Translations under genes and position numbers: made by a program
Notes under the pieces: generated by a model
Database searches by the model: none
Seen by the model: the letters and a program-made list of their open reading frames with translations, nothing else
Told to the model about the DNA's origin: nothing
NCBI GenBank assembly: GCA_963819655.1
Contig: CAWFXA010000002.1
Coordinates: forward strand, 960,001 to 1,024,000
Reading direction: 5' to 3'
DNA length: 64,000 nt
Source: an uncultured Chloroflexia bacterium
GTDB lineage: Bacteria; Chloroflexota; Limnocylindria; Limnocylindrales; CSP1-4
In this document: in pieces, positions 59,313 to 64,000 of the stretch
Layout: each line of letters starts with the position of its first letter
Position numbering within the stretch: the first letter of the stretch is position 1

Positions 59313-60020
59313 ATGCCCGGACCTGTGGCACTCGTCGGCGCCGGCGAGTTCCTCCCATCGATGTCGTCGTTCGACGCCAGCCTGCTCGCCGCGACCGGCG
59401 TGGCGCGCCCGCGTGTGGTAATCCTGCCGACCGCCTCATTCCCCGACGGCGAGGCCGTCTTCAAGCGCTGGGCGGAGATGGGTGTGGCGCATTTCGCGGG
59501 TCTCGGCGCGGAGGTCGAACCGGTCATGGTGCGCGATCGTGCCGATGCCGACGACCCGGCAGCGGTCCAGGCCGTCGGCGAGGCGGACGTCGTCTACCTG
59601 TCCGGCGGGAAACCGTCCTACCTCCTCAAGGCGCTGGCCGGGAGCGCGGTCGGTGAGGCGTTGGCCGGTGCCCACCAGCGCGGCGCGGCGTTGGCCGGCT
59701 GCTCGGCCGGGGCGATGGCGCTGGCCGGGCATTCGTTCGACTTCCGCGTCCGCCTCATGCCGTTCCCGCTGCGCTGGGGGAGTGGCCTGGGGTTCGCGCC
59801 GGACGTGTCGGTGGTGCCGCACTACGACGCCTGGCCGGAGCCGTTCTCGGCCCTGATCGCGTTCCAGGCACCGCGCGGCTCGACCGTGCTCGGGATCGAC
59901 GAGGACACGGCCGTCGTTGGTCACGAAGGCGGCTGGCAGGTGCACGGAGCGTCGCGGGTCACCGTCTGGCGTGGCCGTCGCAGGGAGCGCTTCCGCGCGG
60001 GCGAGGTGTTCCGGGTCTAG
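59313..60020 (+). CDS. Peptidase S51/cyanophycinase-like protein
   Basis: ILPTAS, YLSGG, GCSAGAM, PHYD and LGIDEDT. Confidence 0.85.
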   Translation: MPGPVALVGAGEFLPSMSSFDASLLAATGVARPRVVILPTASFPDGEAVFKRWAEMGVAHFAGLGAEVEPVMVRDRADADDPAAVQAVGEADVVYLSGGKPSYLLKALAGSAVGEALAGAHQRGAALAGCSAGAMALAGHSFDFRVRLMPFPLRWGSGLGFAPDVSVVPHYDAWPEPFSALIAFQAPRGSTVLGIDEDTAVVGHEGGWQVHGASRVTVWRGRRRERFRAGEVFRV

Positions 60021-60061
60021 GTCGTGGCCGGCGCGGGGCTCGCTCCCCTCCCGGGACCTGG

Positions 60062-60400
60062 TCAGTCGGGCCGCACCGTCCGGAAGCAGTCCGAGCAGTA
60101 CACGGGGCGGTCCATCCGGGGTCGGAACGGGACCTGCGCCTGGTTGCCGCACGACGAGCAGACCACCGCGAAGTACTCGCGATCGGGGCGCTCGACGCTC
60201 CGCTCGTAGCCGCGCGGGCCGCCGATCTCGCGGACGTCGTAGCCCCCATCGCGAGCCGCCCGACGGCTGGCGCGGCAGCTCGTGCATCGCTTCGGGTCGG
60301 AGGCGAAACCCTTCTGGACGTAATACTCCTGATCGGCCGCCGAATGGATGAATTCGACGCCGCAGTCGACACATGTGAGGGTCCGATCAGCGTAGGTCAC
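60062..60400 (-). CDS. Zinc-ribbon domain protein (CxxC-x17-CxxC family)
   Basis: YADRTLTCVDCG.EF.....Q.YY..KGF...PKRC..CR and CSSCG....VPF.P..DRPVYCSDCF; GGAGGAG + GTG. Confidence 0.9.
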   Translation of the reverse strand: MTYADRTLTCVDCGVEFIHSAADQEYYVQKGFASDPKRCTSCRASRRAARDGGYDVREIGGPRGYERSVERPDREYFAVVCSSCGNQAQVPFRPRMDRPVYCSDCFRTVRPD

Positions 60401-60766
60401 GTTGCTCCTCCGGGACGCGATGGTCGGCTGGGTGCGCCTGCGGAGGGCGACCGCATCGGCAGTCGGGAAAGCGAGGTCTGGCGAGAGAAGCCGGGCCCCG
60501 GCGACCCAGGTGCCGATGTCGGAATCCCTGTCTGCGGGGCGCACCGGTTCGTTCGTGCGGCGCAGGATACAACGGCTTCGAAAATCGGACATGCCAGCGG
60601 CGTAGGCTGGCTGGCGGCCGTGACAACGTACCTGTCACAATGGCGCGCGAGGATCCGGGGTGGCGAGCGGGGAGTCATGGGGGCGCCTCGCTCGCGCCAT
60701 ACCACCAGGGTAGCGCCGGATCGTGATCGCCCGAGCCGTCAGCAATGAGAGGGCAGACCCGAGCGG

Positions 60767-61957
60767 ATGCTACGGATCATCCACACCGCGGACGTCCACC
60801 TCGGCGCGCGCCACGACGACCTCGGTGAGCAGGCCAGCGCCCAACGCGAGCGCCAATTCGCCGCCTTCGCGGCCACCGTCGATCTGGCGCTGGCCGAGAA
60901 GGTCGACCTCGTCCTGATCGCCGGCGACCTGTTCGACAGCAACGTCCAGCCGCGGCGGTCGGTCGAACGCGTCGCTGCGGAGATCAAGCGGCTCGCGGGC
61001 GGCAAGATCCGGACCGTGATCGTGCCCGGGACCCACGACGCATACGACCGGTCGTCGATATACCGCGCGTACGACCTGAAGGCCATGTCCGGAAGCACGC
61101 CGGACGACGACTGGGTGACGGTCCTGACGCCCGAGCTGCCGCGGATCCACCTGTCCGCCTGCGACGTCGTCGTTCATGGCCCCGTCTTCGCGACGAAGCG
61201 TGCGCCGCACAGCCCTCTACGCGACCTCGATGTCGCGTCCCACAAGGGCACCGCGGCGTGGCAGGTCGGCGTGCTCCACGGCTCGGTCGCGATCCCCGGC
61301 AAGACGGACCGCGACGACGTCGTCATCACGACCGACGAGATCGGTGCGAGCGGTCTCGACTACCTCGCCCTCGGCCACTGGCATTCGGCGCGCCAAGGCA
61401 AGTCCGGCGGCGTGACCTTCGCCTATTCGGGCGCGCCAGAGCCTGTCGCGCTCAACCAGGATCGTGCCGGCAGGGTCCTGCACGTCCAGCTCGAACAGAC
61501 GGGTCCCGGGCGCAGCGTCGGCGTCACGGAGCGAGCGGTCGGCAAGACGCGTTTCGAGAAATTGGAGCTCGATGCCGCCGGGGTGACGACCCAGCCTGCG
61601 CTGATCGACAGCCTCAAGCGCAAGGGCGATCCCGACCTGGTCCTCGACGCCCGGATCGTCGGCGTGCGCCCGGACGAGCTCGACCTCCACCCCGAGGAGA
61701 TCGAGACTGCCCTCGCTCCATCGTTCCTGAAGGTGCGCGTGCGCGACCTGAGCTCGCCCGCATTGACCGAGGGAATCCTCCCGTCGCCCGACACCATCGC
61801 CGGCGCCTTCATCCGCGATCTCGAGGCGCGCATCGCCGAGCTCGAGGCGGCGCCCGCGTCCGGATCCGAGGTCGACACCGCGGTCGAGGCGGCCGAGTTG
61901 CGCGACTCGCTCCGGCTCGGCCGGCTCCTGTTGGACGGCCACGAGGTGTCCCTGTGA
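60767..61957 (+). CDS. SbcD/Mre11-like metallophosphoesterase DNA repair nuclease
   Basis: HTADVHLG, AGDLFD, PGTHD, LHGS, YLALGHWH and YSGAPE. Confidence 0.9.
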   Translation: MLRIIHTADVHLGARHDDLGEQASAQRERQFAAFAATVDLALAEKVDLVLIAGDLFDSNVQPRRSVERVAAEIKRLAGGKIRTVIVPGTHDAYDRSSIYRAYDLKAMSGSTPDDDWVTVLTPELPRIHLSACDVVVHGPVFATKRAPHSPLRDLDVASHKGTAAWQVGVLHGSVAIPGKTDRDDVVITTDEIGASGLDYLALGHWHSARQGKSGGVTFAYSGAPEPVALNQDRAGRVLHVQLEQTGPGRSVGVTERAVGKTRFEKLELDAAGVTTQPALIDSLKRKGDPDLVLDARIVGVRPDELDLHPEEIETALAPSFLKVRVRDLSSPALTEGILPSPDTIAGAFIRDLEARIAELEAAPASGSEVDTAVEAAELRDSLRLGRLLLDGHEVSL

Positions 61958-64000
61958 GGATCCGCCGGCTGCAGGTGCGGGATATGCGCCGGTACCGCGA
62001 GCTCGATATCGACCTTGCCCCTGGCGTCACCGTCGTCCGCGGCCCGAACGAGGCCGGCAAGAGCACCATCCAGCGAGCCATCGAGCTCGCCCTCACCCGC
62101 CGGGTGACAAGCAACGCGGGCGACCTCGAGACCCTGCGACCGTGGGATGCCGCCGCCGACGCACGTCCGTGGGTCTCGATCGAATTCGAGCAGGACGAGG
62201 AGGACGGGCGCACCGCGACCGGAACGCTCGAGAAGTGGTTCGGGGGCCAGAAGGGCACCGTCGATCTCGTGTACGACGGTCAGCGCGTCACCGACCCGGC
62301 GCTCGCGGACCAGGTCCTTGCCGAGCTCTCCGGCATCCCGACCGAGGCATTCTTCCGGTCGACCGCGTCGGTCCGCCATCACGAGCTGAGCGATGTCGCC
62401 CGTGACGAGGCGGCGCTCCGGGACCGGCTCCAGGCGAGCATCAGCGGCGCCGATCGCGGCACCGGGCGCGCCAAGAAGAAGCTCGAGCGGGCGATCTTCG
62501 AGCTGACGACGAAGGGTGACAAGAACCCTGGCAGGCTCAAGGTCGCGGAGGCGACAGTCGCCCAGGCGGTGGTAGCGGTCGAGAAGGGCGAGCTCGACCT
62601 GGCCCAGCTCGAGCGCGACCGCGACACGCTGTCGGGCGCGCGCGAGCGCCGGACCGAAGCGGAGGGCGGCCTGGCGGAGCGCCGGGCCATGCTCGAGAAG
62701 GCCCGTCAGGCCGAGCGTCTCGAGGCGGAGCGAACGTCCGCTCGCGAACGGTATGAGCGCTTCCGCGAAGCGGTCGAGGTCTCGACCGAGCTCGACGAGC
62801 TCGCACAGACCCACCCCTCGCCGAACCCGTTGCCGGTGATCCGCCAGGCAGTCGAGCGTCTGCGCGTGCTCGACACCCGGATCGCGCGAGCTGCGGGCAG
62901 CGCTCGCAGGCGAGATCGACGTCAACTTCGACGTGGCCCCCGAGCCGACCTGGCGGCCGCTCTCGCGCTGGGGTCTGTTCGCCGTCCTGATCGGGGCGCT
63001 GGTGGCCGGCGGCAGCTTCGTCTTGCAGACGCTCGGGATCGTCAACCTTGGCATGGCGCCCTTGTACATCGGCGCGGCCGTGGCGCTGATCGGTGGGATC
63101 CTGAGCGCCGTCGCGCTGTGGCTGCGACGGGGCTCGTCGATGCAGGAGCAGCTCCGCGGCGACGAGATCGACCGTCGGCTGCGCGGCCGCTCGGAGATGG
63201 AGGCGGAGCTCCGCCAGGCGGAGCTCGATGCGGAGCAGCAGCTCGGGACGCTCGGCCTGGACGACCTCGCGGCTGCCGAGGACCTCCTCGCACGCGAGGA
63301 GGCGCACGTCGCGCGGATGGACCAGATGACCGCACAGCTCGATGGGCTTGTCGGCAAGGAGCCGCGCGAGACGTTGCCGAAGCTACGCGATGCGGCGGCC
63401 CTCGAGATCGAACAGAAGACCAGCGCGCTCGATGCGCTCGGGCCGATCGCCAAGGAATCCCGGGCGCGTGAGCGCCTCGAGGTCGAGGTCCGTGACGGCG
63501 AGGCCGCGCTCGACCGCGCGCGCGACGACGAGGCCAATGCCCGCGCGCGCGTCGAGAACAATCGCGTGGACGCGGAGGAGGTCGCGGCCGAGGCAGAGCG
63601 CCTGGCCGTCTGGCGTGAGCAGCTCGCGCTCCTGCAGCGCCGGCACCGTGTGCTCGAGACCACCTTGCGCGCGATCGAGCGCGCCGAGACCGCGACGATG
63701 AAGACCGCCACGCGCTATCTCGAGGGCCACATGGTCCGCGACGTCGCGACCGTCACGGGCGGCCGCTATCGACGTGTGCGGGTCGACGACAAGACGCTCG
63801 ACATCGACGTCCACGCCCCCGAGCGGGGCGACTGGGTGCCGGTCGGCACACTCAGCCAGGGCACGCTGGACCTCGTGTACCTGACGGCGCGCCTCGGACT
63901 GGTGCGCCTCGTGACCGGGGATCGGCGCCCGCCGCTCGTCCTCGATGACCCGTTCGTGACGCTCGATGACGAGCGCGCGACGCGCGCCCTGGCGCTCCTG
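61954..64000 (+). CDS. Rad50/SbcC-like (YhaN-type) coiled-coil ATPase with internal TM helices; frameshift near 62890; runs off window
   Basis: Walker A GPNEAGKST, coiled coils, signature LSQGT and Walker B/D-loop LVLDDPFVTLDD.R; GTG overlaps the SbcD-like stop. Confidence 0.87.

Overview
High-GC bacterial chromosomal window. The gene content (GerMN lipoprotein, F420-type PPOX protein, many leaderless genes) suggests Chloroflexota or Actinomycetota; this is inference only. 1-12 kb is core-like: tandem glutamine synthetases, an OmpR-family two-component system with a GerMN lipoprotein, tRNA-Pro(CGG) and an acyl-CoA-ligase/ACP/acyltransferase fusion. About 12.1-30 kb is an accessory patchwork. 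It holds gene debris (RAMA-domain and PEP-utiliser fragments, a 5'-truncated large serine recombinase facing a 5'-truncated HUH rolling-circle Rep), an ArsR/SRPBCC cluster and an ECF42-type sigma/DGPF pair. It also holds an orphan FtsZ paralogue that appears to carry an N-terminal transmembrane anchor, followed by a Cys-rich protein and a Lys-rich micro-ORF. 31-40 kb carries betA, an alkA-like glycosylase, RlpA, a large secreted protein and a lysA-like gene. 40.6-54.7 kb is a self-contained selenium/molybdenum formate dehydrogenase island: fdhD, a split FDH with an in-frame UGA (Sec) and SECIS hairpin that the ORF track misses, NuoEF-like subunit, selD, selC, selA, selB and mobA. The window ends in an SbcD-like nuclease and a Rad50/YhaN-like ATPase with internal TM helices. 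About eight genes between 36 and 63 kb carry frameshifts (assembly indels or real decay; not decidable here). No CRISPR array or rRNA was seen. All product calls come from motif recognition by eye; no database searches were run.
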